Notes under the pieces: model-generated
Database searches by the model: none
What the model saw: the letters and a program-made list of their open reading frames with translations, nothing else
Told to the model about the DNA's origin: nothing
NCBI GenBank assembly: GCA_902580765.1
Contig: CACHLW010000003.1
Span: forward strand, 8,168 to 72,167
Reading direction: 5' to 3'
Source: an uncultured Alphaproteobacteria bacterium
Lineage (GTDB): Bacteria; Pseudomonadota; Alphaproteobacteria; HIMB59; GCA-002718135
DNA length: 64,000 nt
Program-made: the position numbers and the translations under genes
Shown here: in pieces, positions 19,000 through 27,873 of the stretch
Layout of the letters: the number at the start of each line of letters is the position of its first letter
Numbering within the stretch: position 1 is the stretch's first letter

Positions 19000-20129
19000 T
19001 TAACTTAAAGGGGATGACCTGGGATCATTCTAGAGGTTTTGACCCAATGGTTGCTACATCTAAAAAATTTCAGGAAATTCATAATAATAAAGTATCAATT
19101 GAATGGGATAAAAGACCATTACAAGCATTTGCAGATAGACCTATAGAAGACATGACTGATGATTATGATTTAATAGTAATAGACTATCCTCATGTTGGTG
19201 AAGTAGCCCACAAAGGACTTTTACAAAACTTAAATCTCAATGAATATCAATCTCAATTAAACAATTTAAAAAAACAATCAGTTGGGAAATCGCATGAAAG
19301 TTATTTTATAGATAATAAACAATGGGCGCTTGCCATAGATGCTGCTTCACAGACCGCCTGTTACAGAGAAGATTTAGTAAGAGCACTTCCATCCAAATGG
19401 GATGATCTTCTTTCATTGGCAAAAGAGAGAAAAGTTCTTTGGCCTTTAAAGCCAGTTCATGCAATAAGTAGTTTTTATAGTATTTATAACAACATTACTG
19501 AAGAATTAATCCCAGAAGAAAAAAATTTTATTAATACAAATTCTGGCGTTAAAACTCTTACAATGATGAAAGCTGTATCCAAAGAAATAATCAATGATTG
19601 TTTAAGTATGGATCCAATTCAAACTGCTGAACTCATGACAGAGACTAATGATTTTTATTATTGCCCATACATTTATGGATTTTCAAATTACTCGAGAAAT
19701 AATTATAGAAAAAATATTTTGAAATATATTGATGTTTTAGATTTATCAGGCAAAGGTCCATCAGGAACACATTTAGGTGGCACTGGCATAGCAGTATCAA
19801 ATGTTAGTAAGAATAAAGATCTAGCAATTGAATATGCATTTTGGATAGCAGGTGCTGAATGTCAAAAGTCACTTTTCTACCAAAGTGGTGGACAGCCAGG
19901 AAATTCTGAAGCTTGGGAGGATGAAAGGATAAATCTAGAAACAAACGATTTTTTTAAAGCAACTCGAAAAACTCTTGATTTGGCATGGGTAAGACCAAGG
20001 CATAATGGTTATATGGAATTTCAGGACAAAAGTGGCGATCTCATTAATGAATATCTACAAACAGAAATTTCAGCTGAAAGTATTTGTGAAAAATTATCTG
20101 ATATGTACAATAAGAGTTTCAAAGAATAA
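18996..20129 (+). CDS. Leaderless periplasmic-binding-protein-fold protein (SBP_bac_1-like, predicted cytoplasmic)
   Basis: 377 aa. N-terminus [17 protein letters not shown] has no hydrophobic leader. The C-terminal block [30 protein letters not shown] is typical of family-1 SBPs. ATGA overlap with the MaoC gene. Confidence 0.55.
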   Translation: MINLKGMTWDHSRGFDPMVATSKKFQEIHNNKVSIEWDKRPLQAFADRPIEDMTDDYDLIVIDYPHVGEVAHKGLLQNLNLNEYQSQLNNLKKQSVGKSHESYFIDNKQWALAIDAASQTACYREDLVRALPSKWDDLLSLAKERKVLWPLKPVHAISSFYSIYNNITEELIPEEKNFINTNSGVKTLTMMKAVSKEIINDCLSMDPIQTAELMTETNDFYYCPYIYGFSNYSRNNYRKNILKYIDVLDLSGKGPSGTHLGGTGIAVSNVSKNKDLAIEYAFWIAGAECQKSLFYQSGGQPGNSEAWEDERINLETNDFFKATRKTLDLAWVRPRHNGYMEFQDKSGDLINEYLQTEISAESICEKLSDMYNKSFKE

Positions 20130-20137
20130 ATTATTGT

Positions 20138-21286
20138 ATGACTAAACCATTAGAAGGATTAACTGTATTAGAATTTAGCCAGTTTTTATCAGGGCCATAT
20201 GCAGGCTTAAGACTTGCTGATTTAGGAGCAAGAGTAATTAAAATTGAAAGACCAGAAGTTGGAGATCTGTGTAGAAACTTATATATCAGTGATACCGATC
20301 TTGAAGGTGATAGTACTTTATTTCATGCAATTAATAGAAATAAGGAAAGCTTTGCAGCAAATTTAAAAGATGCCAAAGACATAGAGTTAGTAAAAAAATT
20401 AATTGAGAAGGCAGATATAATTACACAAAATTTTAGACCAGGAGTAATAGAACGTATTGGTTTGGATTATAAAAATGTAAAAAAAATAAATCCAAAAATA
20501 GTTTATGGAACTATTTCTGGTTACGGATCTGATGGACCTTGGAGTTCATTACCTGGACAAGATTTATTAGCGCAATCTAGAACAGGTTTAGTTTGGTTAA
20601 ATGGTAATGGAGGTGAAGCACCAACCCCAATGGGTTTGGCAGTTGCTGACATGTTGGCAGGACATACACTTGTTGAAGGTATACTTGCAGCGGTTATTAA
20701 AAGATTTCGAACGGATAATGGATCTCATGTAGAAACGAGTTTAGTTGAGGCCTTATTAGATTTTCAATTCGAAGTCCTTACAACATATTTTAATGATGGA
20801 AACAGAACGCCACAAAGAAGTTCGTATAATAATGCTCACGCATATCTTTCAGCTCCTTATGGAATTTATAAAACATCCAATGGATATATAGCAATTGCAA
20901 TGACACCACTCCCTCAACTTGGTGAATTACTTGATTTAAATTCAATAAAAGATTTGCATGATCAAAAAGAATGGTTCACAAAAAGAGATGAAATTAAAAA
21001 AGATATTGGCGACTGGATTGAAAAACAAACAACAGAACATTGGTTGAGTATTCTTGAGCCAGCAGATATATGGTGTGCTAAAGTACTTGATTGGGAGACA
21101 ATGGTTAAACACGAAGGATTCAAGATCCTCGATATGGTTCAGAGAATTAAAAGAGATGATGGACTTGATATTGAAACACTTCGTTGCCCAATAAAAATTG
21201 ATGGAGAGATTTTTAAATCAAGTAAGGCAGCTCCAAAAATTGGGAATGATAATAATAGTATTATGAAAGAATTTGGTATCTCATGA
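20138..21286 (+). CDS. Family III CoA-transferase (CaiB/BaiF)
   Basis: 382 aa. PLEGLTVLEFSQFLSGPYAGLRLADLGARVIKIERP is the canonical N-terminus of the family. Confidence 0.85.
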   Translation: MTKPLEGLTVLEFSQFLSGPYAGLRLADLGARVIKIERPEVGDLCRNLYISDTDLEGDSTLFHAINRNKESFAANLKDAKDIELVKKLIEKADIITQNFRPGVIERIGLDYKNVKKINPKIVYGTISGYGSDGPWSSLPGQDLLAQSRTGLVWLNGNGGEAPTPMGLAVADMLAGHTLVEGILAAVIKRFRTDNGSHVETSLVEALLDFQFEVLTTYFNDGNRTPQRSSYNNAHAYLSAPYGIYKTSNGYIAIAMTPLPQLGELLDLNSIKDLHDQKEWFTKRDEIKKDIGDWIEKQTTEHWLSILEPADIWCAKVLDWETMVKHEGFKILDMVQRIKRDDGLDIETLRCPIKIDGEIFKSSKAAPKIGNDNNSIMKEFGIS

Positions 21287-22389
21287 AAATTAAAGATATA
21301 GAAATTCGTATGTGTCGACACAAAGAGCCTGTCATGAAAGATTCAGAAATGAGAGATGGGAAAAAATCAGATTTAGAATTTTTAGTTATCACATTTCACA
21401 CGGATGAAGGTCTATCTAGCTCTACTTTTGGGTTTGCAGGGAGGGGTGCAGAAATGGCTGGTGAAATCGCAAATTCAATTTTTAAACCTTTTTTTATTGG
21501 CAGAGACCCACTTTATCGTGAGCAACATTGGCATGAATACAGAACCGCAGACAGATGGTGGAACCACGCACCAATATATAGTTACGGACCATTTGATATT
21601 AATTGTTGGCTTCTCTCATCTATGCAAGCAGAACAAGCACTTTATAAGTATTTAGGCGCTTATAGAGACAAGGTTCCAATTTATGGAAGTTCTCTTGTTT
21701 TAGATTCACCTGAGGCTTATGCAAAAGAAGCTTTGGAATATAAAAAGAGAGGTTTCAATGCTTATAAACTTCATCCTCCTGGAAAATATGATTTTGATTT
21801 GGAAGCTCATAAAAAAACACGTGAAGCAGTTGGTGATGAATTTAAGCTTATGAGTGATCCGGTTGCCCCTTATACTTTTGAACAAGCTCTACGTTTTGGA
21901 AGAGAGTTAGAAAAATTAAATTATTATTGGTACGAGGAACCTTTATTTGATGAAAATTTTCATAATCTAAGAGAATTAACTAGAATATTAGATATTCCTA
22001 TTATTGGAACAGAGGTTATAGCAAAACACCCTTACAGTGTTGCTGAATGTATCTCTACAAGGGTTGTTGATATGGTAAGAGCTGATGTTTCATGGAGTGG
22101 AGGCATTACAGCTACAATGAAAACAGCACACTTAGCAGAAAGTTTTGGTGTTCAGTGTGAAATTCATACAGCTATTTATCATCCTTTAGAACTTGTTAAC
22201 TTACATTGTTGTGCAGCTATAAAAAATTCTGAATTTTTTGAAGTACTGGTTCCTTATGAATATTTCAATTTTGGTTTAAAAGATTCTATCAAAGTCGAAA
22301 ACGGTTATGCTCATTTACCTTCTAAGCCAGGTCTTGGCATTGATTTAGATTGGGATTTTATAGATAATACAACATTCAAAAAAATTTAA
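21283..22389 (+). CDS. Enolase-superfamily (mandelate racemase/muconate lactonizing) enzyme, candidate acid-sugar dehydratase
   Basis: 368 aa. LMSDP, WYEEPL and MVRADVSWSGG blocks resemble the metal-ligand strands of the MR subgroup. Confidence 0.7.
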   Translation: MKIKDIEIRMCRHKEPVMKDSEMRDGKKSDLEFLVITFHTDEGLSSSTFGFAGRGAEMAGEIANSIFKPFFIGRDPLYREQHWHEYRTADRWWNHAPIYSYGPFDINCWLLSSMQAEQALYKYLGAYRDKVPIYGSSLVLDSPEAYAKEALEYKKRGFNAYKLHPPGKYDFDLEAHKKTREAVGDEFKLMSDPVAPYTFEQALRFGRELEKLNYYWYEEPLFDENFHNLRELTRILDIPIIGTEVIAKHPYSVAECISTRVVDMVRADVSWSGGITATMKTAHLAESFGVQCEIHTAIYHPLELVNLHCCAAIKNSEFFEVLVPYEYFNFGLKDSIKVENGYAHLPSKPGLGIDLDWDFIDNTTFKKI

Positions 22390-22392
22390 AAA

Positions 22393-23694
22393 ATGACAAA
22401 GATTACTAAATTTAGTGTTCAAGATGTAAGATTTCCTACTTCAAAAGATTTAACTGGATCTGATGCCATTCATACAGATCCTGATTATTCAGCAACGTAT
22501 GTGACGGCTTTTACTGATCAAGCAGAGTTAAAAGGATATGGTATTGCCTTCACGATTGGTAAAGGAAATGACATTGTTGCTGAATGTATAAAACATTTTT
22601 TTCCAATTTTTGAAAATATGGATTTAAATGATTTAGAAAATAACATTGGTAAGCTCTGGTTCAAGTGTGTTGATCATAGTCAGTTACGTTGGTTAGGTCC
22701 TGAAAAAGGAGTTGTTCATATGGCTGTATCAGCAATCTTTAATTGTTTATGGGATTTAATTGCTAAGAAGCACAAAAAACCTTTGTGGCAGTTTATTGTA
22801 GAAAGTGAACCTGAAAAAATAGTTAGCTGGTTAACATTTAAATATATTGAAGATGTTTTAACTCCAGAGGAAGCGTTAGCGATTTTGTCAAACAATCAAA
22901 ATGATAAACAAAAACGTATCGATACAGTATTGCAAGAAGGATATCCATCTTACACAACTGCTGCAGGATGGCTTGGCTATTCAGATGAAAAAATAATTCA
23001 ATTATGCAAAGAATATATGGCAAAAGGTTGGAAGCATTTTAAAATCAAGGTTGGTTTAGATCTAAATGCAGATGTAAAAAGACTTGAGTTAATTAGAAAA
23101 ACAATTGGTGATGATTGCTTTATTATGGTTGATGCAAACCAGCAATGGAACGTAGAACAATCGATTAAACATATTAATGCATACAAAAAATTTAATTTAT
23201 TTTTTGTAGAAGAACCTACAAGTCCAGATGATGTAATGGGTTTTGCCAAAATAAAAAAAGAAGTTGGAGATGTAAGACTTGCTACTGGAGAAGCATGTGG
23301 AGGTCGTATCATGTTTAAACAATTTCTCGAATCTGGGGCAATGAACATTTGTCAAATTGATAGCTGCAGATTGGGAAGTATTAACGAAATAATTACAGTA
23401 TTGTTAATGGCACATAAATTTAATGTTCCAGTCTTTCCACATGCTGGTGGTGTTGGTTTATGTGAATATGTTCAACACTTATGTATGATTGATTATATTT
23501 TAATTAATGGTTCTAAAAATGATAAAGTAGTAGAATATCAGGACAGTTTACATGAACACTTTATATATCCATGTAAAATTGAAAATGGAAATTACATGCC
23601 TCCACTTGATTATGGATATTCTATTGAAATGAAAGAAAAGTCTGTTAATGAGTTCTGTTTTCCTAACGGCGAGTATTGGAAGAATAATAAATGA
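22393..23694 (+). CDS. fucD: L-fuconate dehydratase (enolase superfamily, FucD/ENOSF1 type)
   Basis: 433 aa. The N-terminus VQDVRFPTSKDLTGSDAIHTDPDYSATYV is nearly the hallmark FucD sequence. Also has MVDANQQW, FVEEPT and CQID blocks. Confidence 0.8.
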   Translation: MTKITKFSVQDVRFPTSKDLTGSDAIHTDPDYSATYVTAFTDQAELKGYGIAFTIGKGNDIVAECIKHFFPIFENMDLNDLENNIGKLWFKCVDHSQLRWLGPEKGVVHMAVSAIFNCLWDLIAKKHKKPLWQFIVESEPEKIVSWLTFKYIEDVLTPEEALAILSNNQNDKQKRIDTVLQEGYPSYTTAAGWLGYSDEKIIQLCKEYMAKGWKHFKIKVGLDLNADVKRLELIRKTIGDDCFIMVDANQQWNVEQSIKHINAYKKFNLFFVEEPTSPDDVMGFAKIKKEVGDVRLATGEACGGRIMFKQFLESGAMNICQIDSCRLGSINEIITVLLMAHKFNVPVFPHAGGVGLCEYVQHLCMIDYILINGSKNDKVVEYQDSLHEHFIYPCKIENGNYMPPLDYGYSIEMKEKSVNEFCFPNGEYWKNNK

Positions 23695-24428
23695 GACTAA
23701 AAGATAAAAAAATAATTGTAACTGCTGCAGCACAAGGGATTGGTAGAGCAACTGCAATGATGTTTGCAAAAGAAGGAGCTTCTGTCATTGCAACTGATAT
23801 TAATGAAGAAAAACTGACTGAATTAAATAAAGAAAATAATTCTATCAAAACTCAAAAACTAGATGCTACAAACAAAAATGCAGTTGAAGATTTTTGTGCT
23901 AGCATTGACACCATTGATGTTCTCTTTCATGCTGTTGGTTTTGTTCATCATGGAACATTATTGGAATGTGATGATACAGAATTTCAACGATCTGTTAATG
24001 TAAATGTATATTCAGCCTATCTCATGAGTTATAATCTAGTACCTAAAATGTTAGATAAAGGAAAAGGGAATATAATTATTGTATCTTCTGCAGCTTCAAA
24101 TGTAAAAGGAGCTCCTAATAGATTTATTTATGGCACAACAAAAGCAGCACTAAATGGTTTTGTTAAAGCTCTTGCAGCAGATTATGTAAAAAATGGAATT
24201 CGTTGTAATGCAATACTTCCTGGAACAGTAGAAACCCCATCTTGGGAAGGTCGGGTGAATATGGCTGATGATCCAAAACAAGCTCGAAAGGATTTTATTG
24301 CTAGACAAGCTATGGGAAGATTAGCTCAACCAGAAGAAATTGCTTCACTTGCAACTTATTTAGCAAGTGATGAATCAGATTTTGTAACGGGAACACTAAA
24401 TTTAATTGATGGAGGGTGGACTTTATAA
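23691..24428 (+). CDS. Classical SDR, candidate 2-keto-3-deoxy-L-fuconate 4-dehydrogenase
   Basis: 245 aa. IVTAAAQGIGRA cofactor motif and YGTTK (Y-x-x-x-K). ATGA overlap with fucD. The specific function is inferred from its position between FucD and the FAH hydrolase. Confidence 0.7.
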   Translation: MRLKDKKIIVTAAAQGIGRATAMMFAKEGASVIATDINEEKLTELNKENNSIKTQKLDATNKNAVEDFCASIDTIDVLFHAVGFVHHGTLLECDDTEFQRSVNVNVYSAYLMSYNLVPKMLDKGKGNIIIVSSAASNVKGAPNRFIYGTTKAALNGFVKALAADYVKNGIRCNAILPGTVETPSWEGRVNMADDPKQARKDFIARQAMGRLAQPEEIASLATYLASDESDFVTGTLNLIDGGWTL

Positions 24429-25276
24429 TGAAAACTTTAAGATATAGAATTGGTCAAGATGTTAAACCAGGAATTTTGGACTCTGAAGAAAATATACGTG
24501 ATGCTTCTTCTTTAGTAAATGATTGGGATAACAAGAATGTAACTATTGAAAGACTAAATGAAGTAAAATTAGCTGATCTTAATTCATTACCTATTGTTGA
24601 AAATCATGACGGTATAGCACCATGTGTTTCTAAAGAAAGTATTGGTAAAATTATTTGTATAGGCCTTAATTATTCTGATCATGCAGAAGAAACGGGACAA
24701 AAGGTACCTCCTGAGCCTATTATTTTTGCAAAAGCAACTAGTTCAGTGATTGGACCAAATGATAATGTGGAGATTCCAAAAAAATCAGTTAAATCTGACT
24801 GGGAAGTTGAGTTAGGTGTTATTATTGGAAAAGAAGCAAAGTATATTAGTGAGAGTGAATCACAATCTCACATAGCTGGATACTGTGTAATTAACGATTT
24901 AAGCGAGAGGGAATTTCAGATTGAACACTCAGGACAGTGGGTAAAAGGTAAATCATGTGATACATTTGGACCAATTGGGCCTTATCTAGTAACAACAGAT
25001 GAAATACCTGATCCACAAAATCTTAAAATGTGGTTAGAAGTTAATGGTAAAAAAATGCAAGACGGCTCTACAAATACGATGGTCTATGGTGTTAATTTTC
25101 TTATTAGTTATTTAAGTCAATTTATGTCATTACAGCCAGGTGATATTATCTCTACTGGAACACCTCCAGGTGTTGGTATGGGAATGAACCCTCAAGTATT
25201 TTTAAAAGCTGGTGATGTAATGAAATTGGGAATTGAAGGCTTAGGAGAACAAACACAAAAAACAATTCAAGCTTAA
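24428..25276 (+). CDS. Fumarylacetoacetate hydrolase family protein, candidate 2,4-diketo-3-deoxy-L-fuconate hydrolase
   Basis: About 282 aa from the ATG in the TAATG overlap. FAH-domain blocks KIICIGLNYSDHAEE and GDIISTGTPPGVG. Confidence 0.75.
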   Translation: MKTLRYRIGQDVKPGILDSEENIRDASSLVNDWDNKNVTIERLNEVKLADLNSLPIVENHDGIAPCVSKESIGKIICIGLNYSDHAEETGQKVPPEPIIFAKATSSVIGPNDNVEIPKKSVKSDWEVELGVIIGKEAKYISESESQSHIAGYCVINDLSEREFQIEHSGQWVKGKSCDTFGPIGPYLVTTDEIPDPQNLKMWLEVNGKKMQDGSTNTMVYGVNFLISYLSQFMSLQPGDIISTGTPPGVGMGMNPQVFLKAGDVMKLGIEGLGEQTQKTIQA

Positions 25277-26430
25277 TGTTTGGAAGCATCAATAACTGTC
25301 ATAATGTAAAAGACTTTAGAAATTTAGCAAAAAAAAGACTTCCAAGTCCAATCTTCCATTATATTGATGGTGCTGCTGATGACGAAATAACTTATAAAAG
25401 AAATACCGATGCTTATGAGCAATGTGACTTGATTCCAAATGTTTTAAGTGGTGTCGATAAAGTAGATATGTCGACGACTGTAATGGGACAGAAACTAGAC
25501 ATGCCTTTATATTGCGCGCCAACTGCTCTTCAGAGATTATTTCATCATGAAGGTGAGATTGGAGTGGCAAAAGCTGCTGAAAAATTTGGAACTATGTTTG
25601 GAATTTCTTCACTAGGCACTGCAAGCATAGAAGAGATATCTAATTTAGTTAAAACACCAAAACTTTTTCAACTTTATGTTCATAAAGATAAAGGATTAAA
25701 CAAAGCCCTTATAGAAAGATGTAAAGAGTCAAATTTTGAAGCAATGGCGGTTACAGTTGATACTGCTGTTGGCGGAAATCGTGAAAGAGATTTGTATACT
25801 GGTTTTACTATTCCAATGAAACTGAAACTTAATAGTGTTTTAAGTTTTATGCTGCATCCAAAGTGGGCAGTCGATTATTTTACAAAACCTAAATGGGAAT
25901 TAAGTAATTTAAAAGATCACATTAATGAAGGCACAAAAGTAATGACAACTATAGGAGATTACTTCACAAAAATGCTTGATAATTCTATGAGTTGGAAAGA
26001 TGTGGAAAATATTAATAAAGAGTGGGGCCGTCAATTTGCTATTAAAGGTGTGATGTCTGTAGACGATGCAAAAAAAGCTGTAGATGTAGGTGCTTCAGCC
26101 ATAATGGTTTCAAATCATGGAGGTCGACAATTAGATGGCTCAAGATCACCATTTGATCAACTAGCTGAAATTGTTGATGCTGTGGGAGATAAAATAGATG
26201 TAATTTGTGAAGGAGGAATAAGAAGAGGTACTCATGTTTTAAAAGCACTGTCACTTGGTGCAAAAGCCTGTTCAGGTGGAAGAATGTATTTATATGCATT
26301 GGCAGCAGGAGGCCAAAAAGGTGTCGAAAAAAGTTTATCTAATTTACGCAATGAAATTGAACGAGATATGAAATTAATGGGAGTTTCTAACGTAAAAGAA
26401 CTCACAAGAAAAAATCTAAAATTCAGATAA
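25276..26430 (+). CDS. lldD: FMN-dependent L-lactate (alpha-hydroxy acid) dehydrogenase
   Basis: 384 aa. VSNHGGRQLD motif and overall LldD/glycolate oxidase family layout. TAATG overlap with the FAH gene. Confidence 0.8.
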   Translation: MFGSINNCHNVKDFRNLAKKRLPSPIFHYIDGAADDEITYKRNTDAYEQCDLIPNVLSGVDKVDMSTTVMGQKLDMPLYCAPTALQRLFHHEGEIGVAKAAEKFGTMFGISSLGTASIEEISNLVKTPKLFQLYVHKDKGLNKALIERCKESNFEAMAVTVDTAVGGNRERDLYTGFTIPMKLKLNSVLSFMLHPKWAVDYFTKPKWELSNLKDHINEGTKVMTTIGDYFTKMLDNSMSWKDVENINKEWGRQFAIKGVMSVDDAKKAVDVGASAIMVSNHGGRQLDGSRSPFDQLAEIVDAVGDKIDVICEGGIRRGTHVLKALSLGAKACSGGRMYLYALAAGGQKGVEKSLSNLRNEIERDMKLMGVSNVKELTRKNLKFR

Positions 26431-26490
26431 ATCAACAACTTTCTTAAAAAAAATATTTATTCTAATTCAATTTTATTTTACAAATTTTTT

Positions 26491-26811
26491 ATGAATGATG
26501 AAATAGAGCCAATCTTAATAGGTGAAGTTGACGATATTGATGTTGGCTCGGTTGAAAATTTTGAATACGACGATGTAAATTATGCAATTTATAGACTTGA
26601 GTCTGGCTTTTTTGCAACTGAAGGAAATTGCCCTTGTGCAGAAAAAACTTTATTAAGTGAATCTAGTATTGAAGGTGAAGAACTAGAGTGCCCAACATGC
26701 GGAAATAAATTTAGTATTGTATCTGGAGATTCTATCTCTGATTTAGAACAGACCCCATTAAAAATATTTGATGTTACAGAAGAAGATGGAAATCTTTACC
26801 TTAATATTTAA
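26491..26811 (+). CDS. Small Rieske-fold (NirD-like) protein with all-Cys C-x-C...C-x-x-C site
   Basis: 106 aa. The beta-rich pattern YAIYRLESGFFATEGNCPCAEKTLL...GEELECPTCGNKFSIVSGD mirrors Rieske ferredoxin topology, but both His ligand positions are Cys. Confidence 0.5.
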   Translation: MNDEIEPILIGEVDDIDVGSVENFEYDDVNYAIYRLESGFFATEGNCPCAEKTLLSESSIEGEELECPTCGNKFSIVSGDSISDLEQTPLKIFDVTEEDGNLYLNI

Positions 26812-27773
26812 TCAAAAATATTTAGATTTATAATATTACTTTTATTTAAGTTTTTACTTTTAGTTAAAAAATCAAAAACATTTTCACACGATTCCACTGA
26901 CATTCTTTTTCTACATTCTAAAGTTAAAGCAGCGTTATGAGGAGTTAACAAAGTATTCTTTAAAGAAAAAAGTTTATGATTTTCTATAGGTGGTTCTTTT
27001 TCAAATACATCAACACCAGCTCCAAAAATTTTTTTATTTTTTAAAGCTTCATATAAAGCATCTTCATTAATTATACCGCCTCTTGCTGTATTAATTAAAA
27101 TCAAATTTGATTTAAAGGTTTCAAATTGATCAAAAGAAATCAAATTTTTAGTTTCTTCATTTAAAGGTAAATGAATACTTATATAATCAGCAATTTTAAA
27201 TCCTTCTTCTTTATTAATTGGAATACATTTATAATTTTTTATTTCTTTATCCGAAAGAAATGGATCATGAACATAAATTTCCATTTCAAACCCACCACAT
27301 CTTTTTGCTAGCGCTTTTCCTATTCGACCAAAACCAAGAATTAAAATTTTTTTATTATAGAGTTCAAAGTAGTTGGGTAGATTACCTTTTTCTTGAAATT
27401 TACCTAATTTCACTAATCTGTCTGATTCAAAAATATTTTTTGTTAAACAAAGCATCATTGTCATTACATGTTCAGCTACGCTGGTCGCATTTGCTTTTCC
27501 AGTAATGGCCATAGCTATCTTATTATTATTTAAATATTCGGTATCTACATTGTCATAGCCAACACCATGTCTTGCAACAATTTTTAGGTTCTTTGCTTTA
27601 GAGAGTATATTTTTATTTATTTCTGCCGTTCTTACAACAATACCATCTACATCTCGTAATTTTTCTATTAGATGATCTTCATCAATATTATTAGTGACAA
27701 AGTATTCGATATTATTTTTATCAAATATCTCATATCCACTAGGATGAATTTCACCAACAATCCCAACTTTCAT
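26808..27773 (-). CDS. D-isomer-specific 2-hydroxyacid dehydrogenase (PGDH/GyaR-like)
   Basis: 321 aa. ILGFGRIGKALAKR NAD motif and the catalytic TPHNAA region. Confidence 0.8.
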   Translation of the reverse strand: MKVGIVGEIHPSGYEIFDKNNIEYFVTNNIDEDHLIEKLRDVDGIVVRTAEINKNILSKAKNLKIVARHGVGYDNVDTEYLNNNKIAMAITGKANATSVAEHVMTMMLCLTKNIFESDRLVKLGKFQEKGNLPNYFELYNKKILILGFGRIGKALAKRCGGFEMEIYVHDPFLSDKEIKNYKCIPINKEEGFKIADYISIHLPLNEETKNLISFDQFETFKSNLILINTARGGIINEDALYEALKNKKIFGAGVDVFEKEPPIENHKLFSLKNTLLTPHNAALTLECRKRMSVESCENVFDFLTKSKNLNKSNIINLNIFD

Positions 27774-27873
27774 GAATAATTTTATATTCTAAAATATTAG
27801 AAAAATAAATTGTTTAACTCTTTAAATTATTTTTTTATTATAATAGTATCTATTTTTTTTGGGAAAGGAACAC

